DNA from: Armatimonadota bacterium | GTDB taxonomy: Bacteria; Armatimonadota; UBA5829; DSUL01 | Direction of reading: 5' to 3' | DNA length: 64,000 nt | Assembly (NCBI GenBank): GCA_039811685.1 | Contig: JBDHZC010000001.1 | Coordinates: 640,001-704,000, forward strand | Shown here: one piece after another, positions 28,162 through 39,752 of the stretch | How positions within the stretch are numbered: position 1 is the stretch's first letter | Layout: the number at the start of each line of letters is the position of its first letter | Program-made: the position numbers and the translations under genes | The notes under the pieces: model-generated | Database searches by the model: none | Seen by the model: the letters and a program-made list of their open reading frames with translations, nothing else | Told to the model about the DNA's origin: nothing

Positions 28162-30434
28162 GATGACACAGACGGGGCGACGCGCCGCCCGCGCTTTGGC
28201 CTTCCGCCCACTCGATGAATCTTCAGCACATCAGTCAGCTTGCCAATGTTCCCCAGCAGCCTGTCCAGATGCTTCAGGTTCTCTACTTCCAGCTTCAACT
28301 CAAAAATGGCCCGTTTGTCCGGCATGCTCTTGATGTTGGCTTTGAGCATATTGACTTTGCCTTCGCTGAAGATGGCGGCAATGTCAGTAAGCAGCCCCAT
28401 TCTGTCCAGGCTCTCGATCTTGATGTCCACCTGATAGTGTCCGCCACCATCCTCCTGCCAGTCAATTTTCATCAGCCGGTCCGGCTCAGTACCGCGATAG
28501 TTGATCAGGTTCGGACAGTTGTCGCGGTGCAGAACCAGCCCTTTGCCCCGCGAAACATATCCCGTCACCTCGTCCCCCGGCACGGGCAGGCAACAGGCGG
28601 CCCGGGTAACCATCATACTCTCGGCCCCTTTTACCACCACGCGCCCCTCGGCGGATCGCCCCGTTGGAACCAGTGTCTGCGGCCGGGTGTCCTGAGGAAC
28701 GAGGCGATGAAAAACGGCGCTAGGCCCAAGGTGCCCAAATCCAATAGCCGCCAGCAGATCGTCTTCTCCCACTTTGTTAAGCTGCTTGGCGACCCGCTCC
28801 AGGTTGTCTGACTTCAATATGGCGCGATCCAGCCCCTGGCGGTCACACTCCTTGTCGAGCAGCTCCCGGCCCTTCTGCACACTTTCGTTGAAGTCCAGCT
28901 TGCGGAAGTAAGACTTGATCTTATTGCGGGCGTGACTGGTTTTGACAAACTCCAGCCAGTCCTTGCTGGGCGCAGAGTTCGAGCGCGTGACGACTTCCAC
29001 AATGGCGCCGTTGTTGAGAGGCTGCTCCAGCTTCACAATGCGTCCGTTAACCCTCGCGCCCACGCAATGATGACCGAGATCGCTGTGGATGCGATAGGCG
29101 AAATCTACGGCGGTCGATCCCGCGGGAAGATCGATGACATCACCGGCCGGCGTGAAGACAAATACCTGATCCGTGAACAGGTCATTGATGACGGAGCGCA
29201 GAAACTCTGTGGCTTCCTTGTTGTCCGCCTGCCAGTCAAAAAGTTGCTGCCGCAGCCACATAACCTTGCGGTCAAAACCGTTCTTGTCTGGACCGCCCTC
29301 TTTGTACTGCCAGTGCGCGGCCATTCCAAACTCCGCTGTGCGGTGCATTTCTTCGGTACGAATCTGAATTTCCAGCGGCTCCCCGCGCGGACCGACAACC
29401 TTTGTGTGCAGGGACTGGTAGAGATTGGGTTTGGCTTTGGTGATGTAGTCGTCGAACAGTCCGTTAATGTGAATCCAGATATCGTGGACGATCCCGAGGG
29501 CGCGGTAACAGTCAGGTATGCTCGTTGTGATAATTCTCACAGCAGAGAGATCGTAGATCTCACTAAAATCGACTTTCTCCTTGAGCATTTTCTGATAGAT
29601 GCTCCAGAGGTGTTTGGGGCGCCCCTGAATCTGTGCCTGGATGCCTTCTTCTTGCAGGCGGCTGGTAATCACTTCGATAGCTTCGGTGATGATGGCTTCG
29701 CGCTCGGCGCGCGTACGGTCCACCATCTTCACCATCTCATCGTATTTTTCTGGCTCGAGGTACTTGAAGGCGAGATCTTCAAGCTGCCACTTGATCTTCC
29801 AGACTCCCAGACGGTGGGCCAGAGGGGCGTAGATCTGCTGCGTTTCCTGCGCAATGCGCCGCTGGCGCTCAGGCGGCAGGCCGTAGAGAGTGCTCATGTT
29901 GTGAAGGCGATCCGCCAATTTGATCATCATCACGCGCAGGTCTCTTGCTACGGCGAGGAAAATCTTGCGGAGATTCTCGGCATTCTTGCGCAGCTCGACG
30001 CGGCGCTTCTTTGTCACGGATGCTGAATCTTCGATGCGTTCAAAGTCGGCCAGCTTCAACTTTGTGACACCGTCAACAAGACCGGCTATCTCCGCACCAA
30101 ACTTCTGCTCAATCTCCTCAAGTGAAACCTTGCAGTCCTCCACGACGTCGTGAAGCAGTCCGGCTGCGATACATGAAGCGTCCATCTCAACATCCGTAAG
30201 GATGATAGCGGTGGCGACGGGATGGGTAATGTAGGGCTCTCCCGAGCCTCGGAGCTGACCTTCGTGGTGGAGACGCGCAAACTCGTAGGCGCTCTGAATG
30301 AGAGCGACATCCACGTCAGAGTTGTAGCTTTGGATGCGCCTTACGAGATCCGGGACCGGATCAGCAGAAACGATGGACTCGCCGCCGGCCTCCGGGAGTT
30401 GCGTATGCGCATGAACAGATTCTTCGATCTTCAT
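28158..30434 (-). CDS. rel: Long RelA/SpoT homolog, (p)ppGpp synthetase/hydrolase
   Basis: HDVVED (HD), [25 protein letters not shown] and ACT domains. Confidence 0.97.
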   Translation of the reverse strand: MKIEESVHAHTQLPEAGGESIVSADPVPDLVRRIQSYNSDVDVALIQSAYEFARLHHEGQLRGSGEPYITHPVATAIILTDVEMDASCIAAGLLHDVVEDCKVSLEEIEQKFGAEIAGLVDGVTKLKLADFERIEDSASVTKKRRVELRKNAENLRKIFLAVARDLRVMMIKLADRLHNMSTLYGLPPERQRRIAQETQQIYAPLAHRLGVWKIKWQLEDLAFKYLEPEKYDEMVKMVDRTRAEREAIITEAIEVITSRLQEEGIQAQIQGRPKHLWSIYQKMLKEKVDFSEIYDLSAVRIITTSIPDCYRALGIVHDIWIHINGLFDDYITKAKPNLYQSLHTKVVGPRGEPLEIQIRTEEMHRTAEFGMAAHWQYKEGGPDKNGFDRKVMWLRQQLFDWQADNKEATEFLRSVINDLFTDQVFVFTPAGDVIDLPAGSTAVDFAYRIHSDLGHHCVGARVNGRIVKLEQPLNNGAIVEVVTRSNSAPSKDWLEFVKTSHARNKIKSYFRKLDFNESVQKGRELLDKECDRQGLDRAILKSDNLERVAKQLNKVGEDDLLAAIGFGHLGPSAVFHRLVPQDTRPQTLVPTGRSAEGRVVVKGAESMMVTRAACCLPVPGDEVTGYVSRGKGLVLHRDNCPNLINYRGTEPDRLMKIDWQEDGGGHYQVDIKIESLDRMGLLTDIAAIFSEGKVNMLKANIKSMPDKRAIFELKLEVENLKHLDRLLGNIGKLTDVLKIHRVGGRPKRGRRVAPSVSS

Positions 30435-32170
30435 TCATCCTCAACTGGCCTGTCCTGAAGAACCAGTGTGACGCGATCCGTACCTCTGAAGCTATCTATT
30501 CTCAAATTGTAGCAGATTCTGTAAAGACGCGTAGGATCAAGCGCTGCGCTATGCTCTCCCATCCCCCAGCCGACAATGCGCGCAGCTTCAGTTGTTCCAA
30601 CCAGCTGCGCTGACAAATGATTCCCTGACGATCCCATTGCGCGGATGTCCGTCAGCTTCACACGTCTTGTTGCAAGCACAGGCTCACGGTTGCCTTCTCC
30701 AAAGGGGGCCAGCCTGGCAATATCCTGCGCGAGTTGCAGAGTGATGCCGGAAGGATCGAGTTCCAGTTCAATGGGTACCTTCGGAACAAGGTCTTCCTCG
30801 GTGAGCCAGCGGTTGGCCAGGTCGTTGAGCTTCTTACGAACCTGCTCTAGATTCGCGGCCTCGAAAGAGATTCCCGCCGCCATAGCGTGACCGCCGCCCT
30901 GCACAAGGTCATCCCCAAGAAGCCCGATAGCGGCGGCAAGATTGTAACCGGGGATACTGCGCCCTGAGCCGTGAAATCGATCATCGGTGCGAGTGAGTAC
31001 AAACGCTGGCTTGAAGAACAGTTCGGCCAGCTTCCCTGCGACAATCCCGATCACTCCCGCATGCCAGCCCTCGCGCGCCACCACCAGAACCCGATCTTCG
31101 GTGAGATTGTCTTCGGCTACAGCAGCCAGCGCTTCCTGAAAGACTCGCGACTGTTCGGCTTGTCGCTCTACGTTGGTCTGAGACATCTCTGCGGCGATAC
31201 GCCCAGCCACATCAGCGTCAGAGGTCAGCAGCAACTCCAGCGCCGTTGACGCCTCTGCAAGCCTCCCGACCGCATTTATGCGCGGACCCAGACGAAAACC
31301 AATCGTTTCTGTGTCAACCCCTTCCATAGGCACTCCAGACGCCTGGATCAACGCCAGCAATCCCTGCTTCTGCGTGTCGGCGATAGAGCGAAGTCCGTGA
31401 TAGACATAAGCGCGATTTTCGCCGGTCAGTGGCACAACATCGCTGACCGTTCCAAGAGCGACAAGGTCCAGGAAATGTTTGTGCAGTGCGTCCAGCGGCA
31501 CATTGCGACGTATGCATAGCGCCTGGCACATCTTGTACGCGACACCCACGCCTGCGAGGTCCGAAAAGGGATAGGCGCTGTCAGACCGGTTTGGATTTAC
31601 GACTGCATAAGCGTCTGGCAAAGTTGACTGACACTGGTGGTGATCGGTTACGATGAGGTCAAGCCCCAGTTCACGAGCCCGGTTACACGCGTCATGCGCC
31701 GAAATGCCGCAGTCACAACTGAGAAACAACCCAGCTCCATCCGCATGAGCTCTCTCCACCGTTGCAGCGCGAATACCGTAGCCATCGCGGGAGCGGGATG
31801 GGACGAACGGGACTACATTTGCGCCCAGCTTGCGCAACACGCGCGTCAACAGCGCGGCGCTCGTGACGCCGTCCACATCGTAGTCTCCGTGAATAAAGAT
31901 AGTCTCCCCAGAGTCGATGGCAGCCACAATACGCTCAATAGCTTTATCAGCGTCAGGGAGGAGAAACGGATCGTGGAGATTGTCGAGACAGGGTCCGAGA
32001 AAACTCAAAGCCTCGGCTGGAGTTGTGACACCCCGCTTCAGCAACAACATCGCGCACGCGACGTGGAGGTCAACTGATCGGGCCAGTTCCAAAGCGGCGG
32101 CCATCTCGGCCTCACTCGGTGGAGCTGAAATTACCCATTTTCTGGATGGCGCAGTAGCAGTCTGGAGCAC
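30431..32170 (-). CDS. recJ: Single-stranded-DNA exonuclease RecJ
   Basis: GDYDVDG, TDHH, PRINAVGR, GGHAMAAG, PFGEGN. Confidence 0.97.
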   Translation of the reverse strand: MLQTATAPSRKWVISAPPSEAEMAAALELARSVDLHVACAMLLLKRGVTTPAEALSFLGPCLDNLHDPFLLPDADKAIERIVAAIDSGETIFIHGDYDVDGVTSAALLTRVLRKLGANVVPFVPSRSRDGYGIRAATVERAHADGAGLFLSCDCGISAHDACNRARELGLDLIVTDHHQCQSTLPDAYAVVNPNRSDSAYPFSDLAGVGVAYKMCQALCIRRNVPLDALHKHFLDLVALGTVSDVVPLTGENRAYVYHGLRSIADTQKQGLLALIQASGVPMEGVDTETIGFRLGPRINAVGRLAEASTALELLLTSDADVAGRIAAEMSQTNVERQAEQSRVFQEALAAVAEDNLTEDRVLVVAREGWHAGVIGIVAGKLAELFFKPAFVLTRTDDRFHGSGRSIPGYNLAAAIGLLGDDLVQGGGHAMAAGISFEAANLEQVRKKLNDLANRWLTEEDLVPKVPIELELDPSGITLQLAQDIARLAPFGEGNREPVLATRRVKLTDIRAMGSSGNHLSAQLVGTTEAARIVGWGMGEHSAALDPTRLYRICYNLRIDSFRGTDRVTLVLQDRPVEDE

Positions 32171-32215
32171 GGTATCTCAGTATTTTCCAACGGACAGCTT
32201 AGCTGTCCGCTTACC

Positions 32216-32246
32216 AAAACGGCGCCGCGCAGAAAGCGGCGCCGTT
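32216..32246 (-). terminator. Hairpin / terminator after secDF
   Basis: AACGGCGCCGC-TTTCTGC-GCGGCGCCGTT followed by TT; a second hairpin lies at 32191-32209. Confidence 0.6.
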
Positions 32247-32298
32247 CAAGCACATATCCATTATAAACCGCTGGCGCTCAGAAGAGCCAGATTTGATG

Positions 32299-34722
32299 TC
32301 AGAATCGGCGTTTGCGCCGCTTCGGAGACCCGGTCTTCGAGCGAGTCTTGCCAGCGCCGTCATCCGACTCACCTCCACCGTACTCACCGGCATCTTCCGC
32401 ACCAGAGACTCCGCTCGACGGCGCCGAAGGGCTTGGCGCCGGCTGAACCAGCGGCTTAAGCTCACGATCCGGACGCGCAGGAGACCCATGCGCCCAACGC
32501 TCCCAGAGAACCAGCATCGGGCTTGCGTTGAAGATTGAAGAGTACGTTCCCGTGATGATACCCACAAGCAGCACCGCATTGAAGTGTTCAATAACTGATC
32601 CACCCCAGATGAGCAGAGCTACAAGCACGAGCACAACGGTGAAAGAGGTGTTCACGGACCTTGCAAAGGACTGCAGAATCGAGCGGTTGACCATCTCCGG
32701 GAAGCTCTCACCTTTGAGCCGGTGCTTCTGGTTTTCACGGATCCGGTCGAAGATGACGATGGTGTCATGGACGCTGAAGCCTACCATCGTCAACACAGCC
32801 GTCACGTAGGAACTGTCAATCTCCCACCCCATAGTCTTGCCGAAGATAGCAGAGGCGCCAAGGACGACCAGCACGTCGTGTATCAACGCCAGCAGCGCAC
32901 ACACGCCATACTTGAGACCTTCCACGAACCCACCCTGCGCAAAGCGGTAGGACAGATACAACATAATCGCGATGCCAGCCACGATCACGGCCATAATCGC
33001 GCGGTTGGTAGTCTCTTTTGAGATGGTGGATCCGACCTTGTCCGTCCGGACAACCTTGGAACCGGAAATCTTCTGCTCAATCGTTGAGCCCAATTCGCGC
33101 TGCTCGGAGATGCTGAGCTCCGGTGTGCGAACGTAGGCCGTGTAGTCTCCGGTCTGCTCTTTGGAGATCTGCACCTGAGCCTTGTAACCTTCGTTCTTTA
33201 GAACGGTGTTCATCTCTTCTGCCGTTACGGTGTGGTTGACAGAGACCTGCGTCATGGAACCGCCAGTGAGGTCGATGCCAGGCTTCAGACCGTGCGTCGC
33301 CAGGAAGTACAGACCGACAACGATGAAAATGCCGCTAATGGTGAACCACAGCGGCGTCTTGCCGATGATATCGAAGCCCTTCTCCCCAGGTTTAGCCTGT
33401 CCCCACTGCATTCCCAGTCCGTAGAGCCGCGCGTTTTGGGCAAATCCCGCATTGCTGACCATATGCAACAGCGTGCGGGTGACAGTGATAGCGGTGAACA
33501 TGCTGACAAGCACACCGATAGCAAGCGTCTTGGCGAAGCCGACAACCGGACCGCTGGTCAGTAGAACGAGAATCAGACAGGTAATGAGGGTGCAGACATT
33601 GGAGTCCAGAATAGCAGTCCACGCTCTGCTGAATCCGGCGTCAATCGCGCTATGAAGAGTCTTGCCGCCGCGCAACTCCTCTTTTGTGCGCTCAAAGATT
33701 AGAATATTGGCGTCCACGGCCATCCCGATGGACAGGATGAAACCCGCGTAGCCGGGCAGAGTCATCGTAACCTGCATGATTTTGAAGATGGCGAAGGTGA
33801 AGAGCGTGTACATGCACAGCGCCAACACCGCCATAACTCCAGGCAGCAGGTAGTAAACAATCATGAAGGCGACGACAGCTCCCAGGCCGATGATGCCCGC
33901 CAGCATGCTTTGCCTGACATACTGGCTCCCGAGAGTGGCCTCAACGACGTTTTGCTCCACAATAACCAGAGGCACAGGCATCGCGCCGGCGTTCAGATTG
34001 TTAGCCAAGTCCTGGGCGCTCTGGATATCAAAGCTGCCGCTGATCTCCGCTCGGCCGTTGAGGATCGGTTCTTTAATCTTCGGCGCGCTGAGAATCTCTC
34101 CGTTCAGCACCATCGCCAGAACATCACCAACATGACGCCGTGTGAAATCCGCGAACTTCTTTCTGCCGCTTGGCTTGAACTGCACATCCACAGTCACCTT
34201 CATGCCCTGGATGTTCGCGACTGAATTGGGCTCAAGGTCCGCGCCAGTGAGAATCACCTCTCCCTGCTCCAACACCTTCTTTGTGGGAACATCCTCTCCG
34301 TCTGGGCCAATAAAGCTCTGACCATCGCTGCCCATCTGAATGGGCCCGGTAGGATTGCCTTCAGAGTTGACGGTTTTTAGATAGATGAACTCCAGGTTTG
34401 TGCGGGCACGGAGCTGATCGGCAATCTGGTCCTTGTTCTTTACGTCTGGAATCTCGACGATAAACTGATCCGCTCCCTTGCGCTGAACAACGGGCTCCGC
34501 TACGCCCGTTTTGTTGACGCGCTTCTCAAGGATGTTGAGAATAGTGCTCTGCATGGAGGGTTTGTAGGAGGATTTGGCCGACGGGTCAACCTGATAGACA
34601 ACACGCATTCCACCCGCGATGTCCAAACCGCGCCGGAGCTTGATGCGTGGTGAGGCCACAATAAAGGCGGCGATGGCAACCAGCACCAGAATAACGAAAA
34701 ACCACTGACGATAACGGGTCAA
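32299..34722 (-). CDS. secDF: Fused protein translocase subunit SecDF
   Basis: GLDIAGG, GMAVDANILIFER, GIDLTGG, FSVHDTIVIFDRIREN, GTYSSIF. GGAGG RBS before TTG. Confidence 0.96.
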   Translation of the reverse strand: MTRYRQWFFVILVLVAIAAFIVASPRIKLRRGLDIAGGMRVVYQVDPSAKSSYKPSMQSTILNILEKRVNKTGVAEPVVQRKGADQFIVEIPDVKNKDQIADQLRARTNLEFIYLKTVNSEGNPTGPIQMGSDGQSFIGPDGEDVPTKKVLEQGEVILTGADLEPNSVANIQGMKVTVDVQFKPSGRKKFADFTRRHVGDVLAMVLNGEILSAPKIKEPILNGRAEISGSFDIQSAQDLANNLNAGAMPVPLVIVEQNVVEATLGSQYVRQSMLAGIIGLGAVVAFMIVYYLLPGVMAVLALCMYTLFTFAIFKIMQVTMTLPGYAGFILSIGMAVDANILIFERTKEELRGGKTLHSAIDAGFSRAWTAILDSNVCTLITCLILVLLTSGPVVGFAKTLAIGVLVSMFTAITVTRTLLHMVSNAGFAQNARLYGLGMQWGQAKPGEKGFDIIGKTPLWFTISGIFIVVGLYFLATHGLKPGIDLTGGSMTQVSVNHTVTAEEMNTVLKNEGYKAQVQISKEQTGDYTAYVRTPELSISEQRELGSTIEQKISGSKVVRTDKVGSTISKETTNRAIMAVIVAGIAIMLYLSYRFAQGGFVEGLKYGVCALLALIHDVLVVLGASAIFGKTMGWEIDSSYVTAVLTMVGFSVHDTIVIFDRIRENQKHRLKGESFPEMVNRSILQSFARSVNTSFTVVLVLVALLIWGGSVIEHFNAVLLVGIITGTYSSIFNASPMLVLWERWAHGSPARPDRELKPLVQPAPSPSAPSSGVSGAEDAGEYGGGESDDGAGKTRSKTGSPKRRKRRF

Positions 34723-34816
34723 ACTGCATCCTCCTCTGGACGCGAGCGCACTTCGGCCAGGACGCCGGCAGGGGCAGTACGCTTGCTACAAAGCCCAGAC
34801 ACGCAGGCTGGCATCG

Positions 34817-34963
34817 TTAGTTTTTAGCCAGCCCGGCAAACTGCCTGTATTGGGGACAGGGGATCACCACTACCTTGCGCCTTCCCTGCGCGCATTCATT
34901 CAAAAAGTCGCAACATTCAACAGGGCACTCCGGCGCGTAATGAGCACCCACAAGGGTGATCAC
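34817..34963 (-). CDS. Putative 48-aa Cys-rich small protein / uORF upstream of secDF
   Basis: GGAG-aac-GTG start; MITLVGAHYAPECPVECCDFLNECAQGRRKVVVIPCPQYRQFAGLAKN. Too short for the ORF track. Confidence 0.4.
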   Translation of the reverse strand: MITLVGAHYAPECPVECCDFLNECAQGRRKVVVIPCPQYRQFAGLAKN

Positions 34964-35049
34964 GTTCTCCGCCCGGACAGTATTGTCAGCTTCGCACAGC
35001 CGCGAGCTAACTACGATAGACCGCCCCTTACCCGGGCGAGCGCCGCGCT

Positions 35050-35079
35050 ATTATATCGGTCGGTGTTTTCGGGTGTCAA
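35050..35079 (-). promoter_or_regulatory. Consensus sigma70 promoter for the secDF operon
   Basis: TTGACA-18 nt-TATAAT, both hexamers perfect. Confidence 0.88.
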
Positions 35080-35138
35080 CTTGAGAGAAAGACTGACTCA
35101 GGAGTTCTCCGGCAAGCGGTCGCGCACACCCGACGTTT

Positions 35139-36746
35139 CTACTCCACGTTTTCCGAGGCTTCGCCGGAGCGCCTGTGCATCAGTCCGTACTCGACACTGT
35201 CCACCAGCGCCTGCCAGCTTGCCTCAACCAGGTTTGGCGACACCCCCACAGTACTCCATGTGTGACCATCAGAGTCCTGCGAGTCGATGACCGTGCGAAC
35301 GCGTGCCGCCGTTCCTTCTTTCGTATTTACCACACGGACTTTGAAGTCCGTCAAGCGGATATCGTTCAGATCCGGATAGAAAAAGCCCAGAGCCTTGCGG
35401 AGTGCTGTGTCCAGTGCGTGAACAGGACCGTCGCCCTCCCCAACCGTGTGCATTTCCCTGTCGTCCACCATTATTTTGATGGTCGCCTCAGTGATGGGCT
35501 CTTCCTGCGGATTACGTTTCTCGACTATCACTCTGAAGCTGAGCAGATCGAAGAGCTTTCGATAACCGCCAGTCGCCTTGGCCAAGAGCAGTTCGAAGGA
35601 GCCTTCAGCAGACTCATAGCTGTAGCCCTGATTCTCGCGATGGACGATTTCACTGAGCACGGCCCGCGCTTCCGGACTGGACTTCTGCATATCCAGACCG
35701 TGCTTCTGAGCTTTGGCTACAACATTCGCGGCGCCAGAGAGTTCGCTGATAAGAATGCGCTGGGCATTGCCCACCAGTTCTGGTCGAATGTGCTCGTACG
35801 TTTCGCGGTGTTTGAGGACGGCATCCACGTGGATACCGCCCTTGTGCGCAAAAGCCGAAGCTCCCACGTATGGCTGACGATTGTCCGGCGTGACATTGGC
35901 TACTTCATCGACATAGTTGGACACATAGGTCAGCCGCTCCAGCCGCCCTTCGGGAAGGCATTGGAAACCGAGCTTGAGCTCAAGCGTGGGAATGACTGAG
36001 CACAGGTTGGCGTTCCCGCAGCGCTCACCGTAACCGTTAATGGTTCCGTGAACGTGCATGGCGCCTTCCTGAACCGCCGCCACTGAGTTCGCCACTCCAA
36101 ATCCGCTGTCGTTATGGACGTGGATACCCAGCGGATGGGAGAGGCTGTCCCTGACCGCCCCGACTATCGCCCGAATCTCTTCAGGCAGTGAGCCACCGTT
36201 TGTATCGCACAGAACGAGCACATCCGCCCCACCCTGCCTGGCCGCTTCTACACACTTCAGCGCGTAATCGCTGTTCGCTTTGTACCCATCAAAGAAATGC
36301 TCCGCGTCATAAATGACGTGCCGCCCCGCCGCCTTGAGAAACGCGACTGAGTCCTGGATCATGCGCAGATTTTCTTCGAGCGGCAGGCGCAGCGCTTTCT
36401 TGACGTGGAGATCCCAGGACTTGCCAAAGATGGCTATGGCCTGCGCCTGACTTTCGACAAGCGCCTGGAGATTGGGGTCATCCTCGGGAGCAATATTGCC
36501 GCGCCGGGTGCTCCCAAACGCCGTGATGCGTGCGTCCTTCCACTCAACGTCGCGGGCGCGCTCGAAGAACTCTCGATCTTTGTCGTTGGACCCTGGCCAC
36601 CCACCCTCAATGAAGGCTACACCAAGGCGATCGAGCTGACGCGCGATGCGCAGCTTGTCCTCCACCGAGAAGGCGATCCCTTCGGCTTGTGACCCATCTC
36701 TGAGCGTGGTGTCAAAGATCTCTACGCGTCGCTTGTCCTCCTTCAT
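35139..36746 (-). CDS. cimA: Citramalate synthase
   Basis: [45 protein letters not shown]: CimA-type rather than LeuA-type motifs. Confidence 0.92.
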   Translation of the reverse strand: MKEDKRRVEIFDTTLRDGSQAEGIAFSVEDKLRIARQLDRLGVAFIEGGWPGSNDKDREFFERARDVEWKDARITAFGSTRRGNIAPEDDPNLQALVESQAQAIAIFGKSWDLHVKKALRLPLEENLRMIQDSVAFLKAAGRHVIYDAEHFFDGYKANSDYALKCVEAARQGGADVLVLCDTNGGSLPEEIRAIVGAVRDSLSHPLGIHVHNDSGFGVANSVAAVQEGAMHVHGTINGYGERCGNANLCSVIPTLELKLGFQCLPEGRLERLTYVSNYVDEVANVTPDNRQPYVGASAFAHKGGIHVDAVLKHRETYEHIRPELVGNAQRILISELSGAANVVAKAQKHGLDMQKSSPEARAVLSEIVHRENQGYSYESAEGSFELLLAKATGGYRKLFDLLSFRVIVEKRNPQEEPITEATIKIMVDDREMHTVGEGDGPVHALDTALRKALGFFYPDLNDIRLTDFKVRVVNTKEGTAARVRTVIDSQDSDGHTWSTVGVSPNLVEASWQALVDSVEYGLMHRRSGEASENVE

Positions 36747-38299
36747 ACCGTTCCACCTTCCCGTTTGCCAGTGCGCTTCTGCTGGTAGTACACCAGTTTG
36801 TTGATGGCCTGCAGATAGGCCCTGGCGCTGGACAACACTACGTCCAGAGTCGCAGCGCGGCCGGTGTATATATTGGAGCCATCACTCACTTTGACTGTGA
36901 CCTCCGCAATAGAATCAGTTCCTCCTGTAACCGCTCGAACAACATAGTCAACGAGTTTGTGCTCCTCGTCGATCATCTCGTCTATCGTCTTGTAAACTGA
37001 GTCCACACAGCCAACGCCAATAGCAGCCGCCTGCTTTGTGGTATCACCGTTCTTGAGGCGAATGCTGGCCGCGGGCAGTCCATCCAGGCTGCTCATCACG
37101 TTCAGATGCTGCAACGCGTAAATCTCGGGGATGCTGTGCGTTTCGTCGGAAACGATGGCCTCCAGATCTTCGTCGTAAACATCCTTCTTCTTGTCCGCCA
37201 ACTCCTTGAAGCGTCTGAATGAGCGATCCAGGTCTTCTTTGCTCAGCTCGTAGCCCATCTGCTTCAGGCGTTGATCGAATGCGTGACGGCCGGAATGCTT
37301 GCCCAGCACCAGCTTGTGCTCTCTGATACCGACAGATTCCGGCGTCATGATCTCGTATGTCCGGCGATTGGCCAGAATTCCGTGCTGGTGGATGCCCGCT
37401 TCGTGCGCAAAGGCGTTGGCGCCGACAATCGCCTTATTCGGCTGCACCACCATCCCGGTAATCTCCGAGACCATACGGCTGGTACGCGTGATCTCTTCGG
37501 TTACAATATCGGTGCTCAGGCTGTACAGGTCTGGACGCGTACGCAGCGCCATGACAATCTCCTCCAGCGCCGCATTTCCCGCTCGCTCACCGATGCCGTT
37601 TATCGTACACTCAACCTGCCGGGCGCCGTTCTGCAAAGCCGACAGAGTGTTGGCGACCGCCAACCCCAGATCGTTGTGACAGTGAACGCTGATGACAGCG
37701 CGGTCAATGTTTGGAACGCGGCTTTTCAGCGCGCCAATCAGCGCCCCGAACTCCTGCGGAGTTGAATAGCCCACAGTGTCCGGGATATTTACAGTGCCAG
37801 CGCCCGCTTCAATGACCGCTTCCACAACCGCGCACAGGTAGTCAATATCCGAACGCGAGGCGTCCTCGGGAGAGAACTCGACATCGTCGCAATACTGCTT
37901 CGCGCGCTTCACCGCCGCGACCGCGCGCTCCAACACCTCTTCCCGCGTCATGCGCAGTTTGTGCTCCAGGTGTACGTCAGAGGTTGCGATGAATGTGTGG
38001 ATGCGAGGCTTTTCTGCGCCTTTCAGAGCTTCGCCAGCTCTGTCCACATCCGCGTTCACTGCGCGAGCCAGGCCCGCAATGGACGGGCCACCCTTAATCT
38101 CACTGGCGACTCGCTTCACGGCCTCAAAGTCGCCGTCGCTGGCAATTGGGAAACCAGCTTCAATGACATCGATGTTCAGCCGCGCCAACTGCCTTGCGAC
38201 CTGCAGCTTCTCTTCGATGTTCATGCTTGCTCCGGGCGACTGTTCGCCGTCCCGCAGCGTCGTATCAAAAACGATTACTCTATTCTTATCCTGTGACAT
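36743..38299 (-). CDS. leuA: 2-isopropylmalate synthase
   Basis: [34 protein letters not shown], and the regulatory domain. Confidence 0.96.
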   Translation of the reverse strand: MSQDKNRVIVFDTTLRDGEQSPGASMNIEEKLQVARQLARLNIDVIEAGFPIASDGDFEAVKRVASEIKGGPSIAGLARAVNADVDRAGEALKGAEKPRIHTFIATSDVHLEHKLRMTREEVLERAVAAVKRAKQYCDDVEFSPEDASRSDIDYLCAVVEAVIEAGAGTVNIPDTVGYSTPQEFGALIGALKSRVPNIDRAVISVHCHNDLGLAVANTLSALQNGARQVECTINGIGERAGNAALEEIVMALRTRPDLYSLSTDIVTEEITRTSRMVSEITGMVVQPNKAIVGANAFAHEAGIHQHGILANRRTYEIMTPESVGIREHKLVLGKHSGRHAFDQRLKQMGYELSKEDLDRSFRRFKELADKKKDVYDEDLEAIVSDETHSIPEIYALQHLNVMSSLDGLPAASIRLKNGDTTKQAAAIGVGCVDSVYKTIDEMIDEEHKLVDYVVRAVTGGTDSIAEVTVKVSDGSNIYTGRAATLDVVLSSARAYLQAINKLVYYQQKRTGKREGGTV

Positions 38300-38393
38300 T
38301 TGAGCTTATTCCTTACGCTTATATTGGCCTTGAGACACTTCCGCCCTTTGTGCTGGCGCGAGTGGAAAAGGCCCGGCTGGCGCCGTCGATTCT

Positions 38394-38540
38394 TCAGAAA
38401 GGAGCCGTGGCCAGGTGGCCCGCCTGCAGCCCGTGACAGTGGGCTGCAGGCAAGATAAGCGCGAGGATCAGCCCCACCAGACCCAGCAGCCGCCCCCGGC
38501 CCGCAGCAATGGCGCCGCCGGAGATAGCCATGTTCTTCAT
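38394..38540 (-). promoter_or_regulatory. Putative Leu-rich leader peptide / attenuator of leuA-cimA
   Basis: MKNMAISGGAIAAGRGRLLGLVGLILALILPAAHCHGLQAGHLATAPF, with an 11 bp stem immediately after the Leu cluster. Confidence 0.55.
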
Positions 38541-38593
38541 TGTGAAGTTAGCCGATTGGTGAGTCACACGTTCCTCCGAACACAGAACGAAGC

Positions 38594-39658
38594 TTACTTC
38601 TTTGCTTTTTGCGTTTTCTTATCGGATTTGTCTCCGCTGTGCGGTCCCAAGTCCAATGCCTGTTTCGCTTTGATAAACGGCATCATAGCTCGCAGATTCT
38701 TACCGACCGCCTCGATCTGTGAAGCGTCCGATATTCTGCGGTTTGCATTTAACACTGGCTGATTTGCCGTGTTTTCGAGCATCCATTCCCGCGCAAACTG
38801 CCCGGTCTGGATTTCACTCAAAATCTTCTTCATCTCAGCGCGAGTCTCATCAGTGATGACGCGCTTCCCGCGACTGTAATCCCCGTACTCAGCGGTGTTG
38901 CTGATGGAGTAGCGCATGCCGGCCAGACCGGCCTCGTAAATCAGGTCCACAATCAGCTTCATCTCGTGAACGCACTCAAAATAGGCGATCTCGGGTTGAT
39001 ACCCCGCGTTCACCAGTGTCTGAAAGCCAGCCTGAATGAGCGCTGAAGTGCCTCCGCACAGAACAACCTGCTCCCCGAAGAGATCGGTTTCTGTCTCTTC
39101 CTGGAAGGTGGTCTCCAGCACGCCGACACGCGCAGCGCCAATCCCGTTAGCGTACGCCAGCGCCTTGTCCCTCGCTTTGCCGGAAGCATCCTGGTGAACG
39201 GCGATCAACGCCGGTACACCAGCTCCCTCGGTATAGGTGCGGCGCACGAGATGGCCTGGCCCCTTGGGCGCAACCATGAATACATCAACATCCTTCGGTG
39301 GGACAATCTGCCCAAAATGGATGTTGAATCCGTGCGAGAACATTATTGACTTGCCCGCCTTCAGATGCGGCGCTATCTCTGATCGGTATATCCCCGCCGC
39401 AGTTTCATCGGGCAGCAGAATATTAATGATGTCACCCTGTCTGGCTGCTTCCGCTACGGAGAGTGGCTCGAAGCCATGCTCTACAGCCAGTTTGTGGTTT
39501 GCGCTACCCTGGCGCGTGCTGATGACAACGTCCAATCCGCTGTCGCGCAAGTTCTGCGCCTGTGCATGACCCTGCGAGCCATAGCCAATGACAGCTATAC
39601 GCTTCCCTTTGAGAATATCAATCTTTGCGTCTGATTCGTAATAGACCTTTGCAGGCAA
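38594..39658 (-). CDS. ilvC: Ketol-acid reductoisomerase
   Basis: [32 protein letters not shown]. Confidence 0.97.
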   Translation of the reverse strand: MPAKVYYESDAKIDILKGKRIAVIGYGSQGHAQAQNLRDSGLDVVISTRQGSANHKLAVEHGFEPLSVAEAARQGDIINILLPDETAAGIYRSEIAPHLKAGKSIMFSHGFNIHFGQIVPPKDVDVFMVAPKGPGHLVRRTYTEGAGVPALIAVHQDASGKARDKALAYANGIGAARVGVLETTFQEETETDLFGEQVVLCGGTSALIQAGFQTLVNAGYQPEIAYFECVHEMKLIVDLIYEAGLAGMRYSISNTAEYGDYSRGKRVITDETRAEMKKILSEIQTGQFAREWMLENTANQPVLNANRRISDASQIEAVGKNLRAMMPFIKAKQALDLGPHSGDKSDKKTQKAKK

Positions 39659-39752
39659 CTGGTGTCCTCCTTACGGCTGGGACCTTGGACGCGCTGCCGA
39701 CATGAGCTTAGCGTCGATGCGCGTCCAAAGAACCTGTAAGCCTCAGTATAGC

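Noticed and set aside
35139..38299. Tandem leuA-like genes as a duplication
   Set aside because: The motifs identify LeuA plus citramalate synthase, a known pairing.
39684..39728. Hairpin TTGGACGCGC..GCGCGTCCAA between ilvN and ilvC
   Set aside because: No U-tract or leader peptide; most likely an mRNA stability hairpin.
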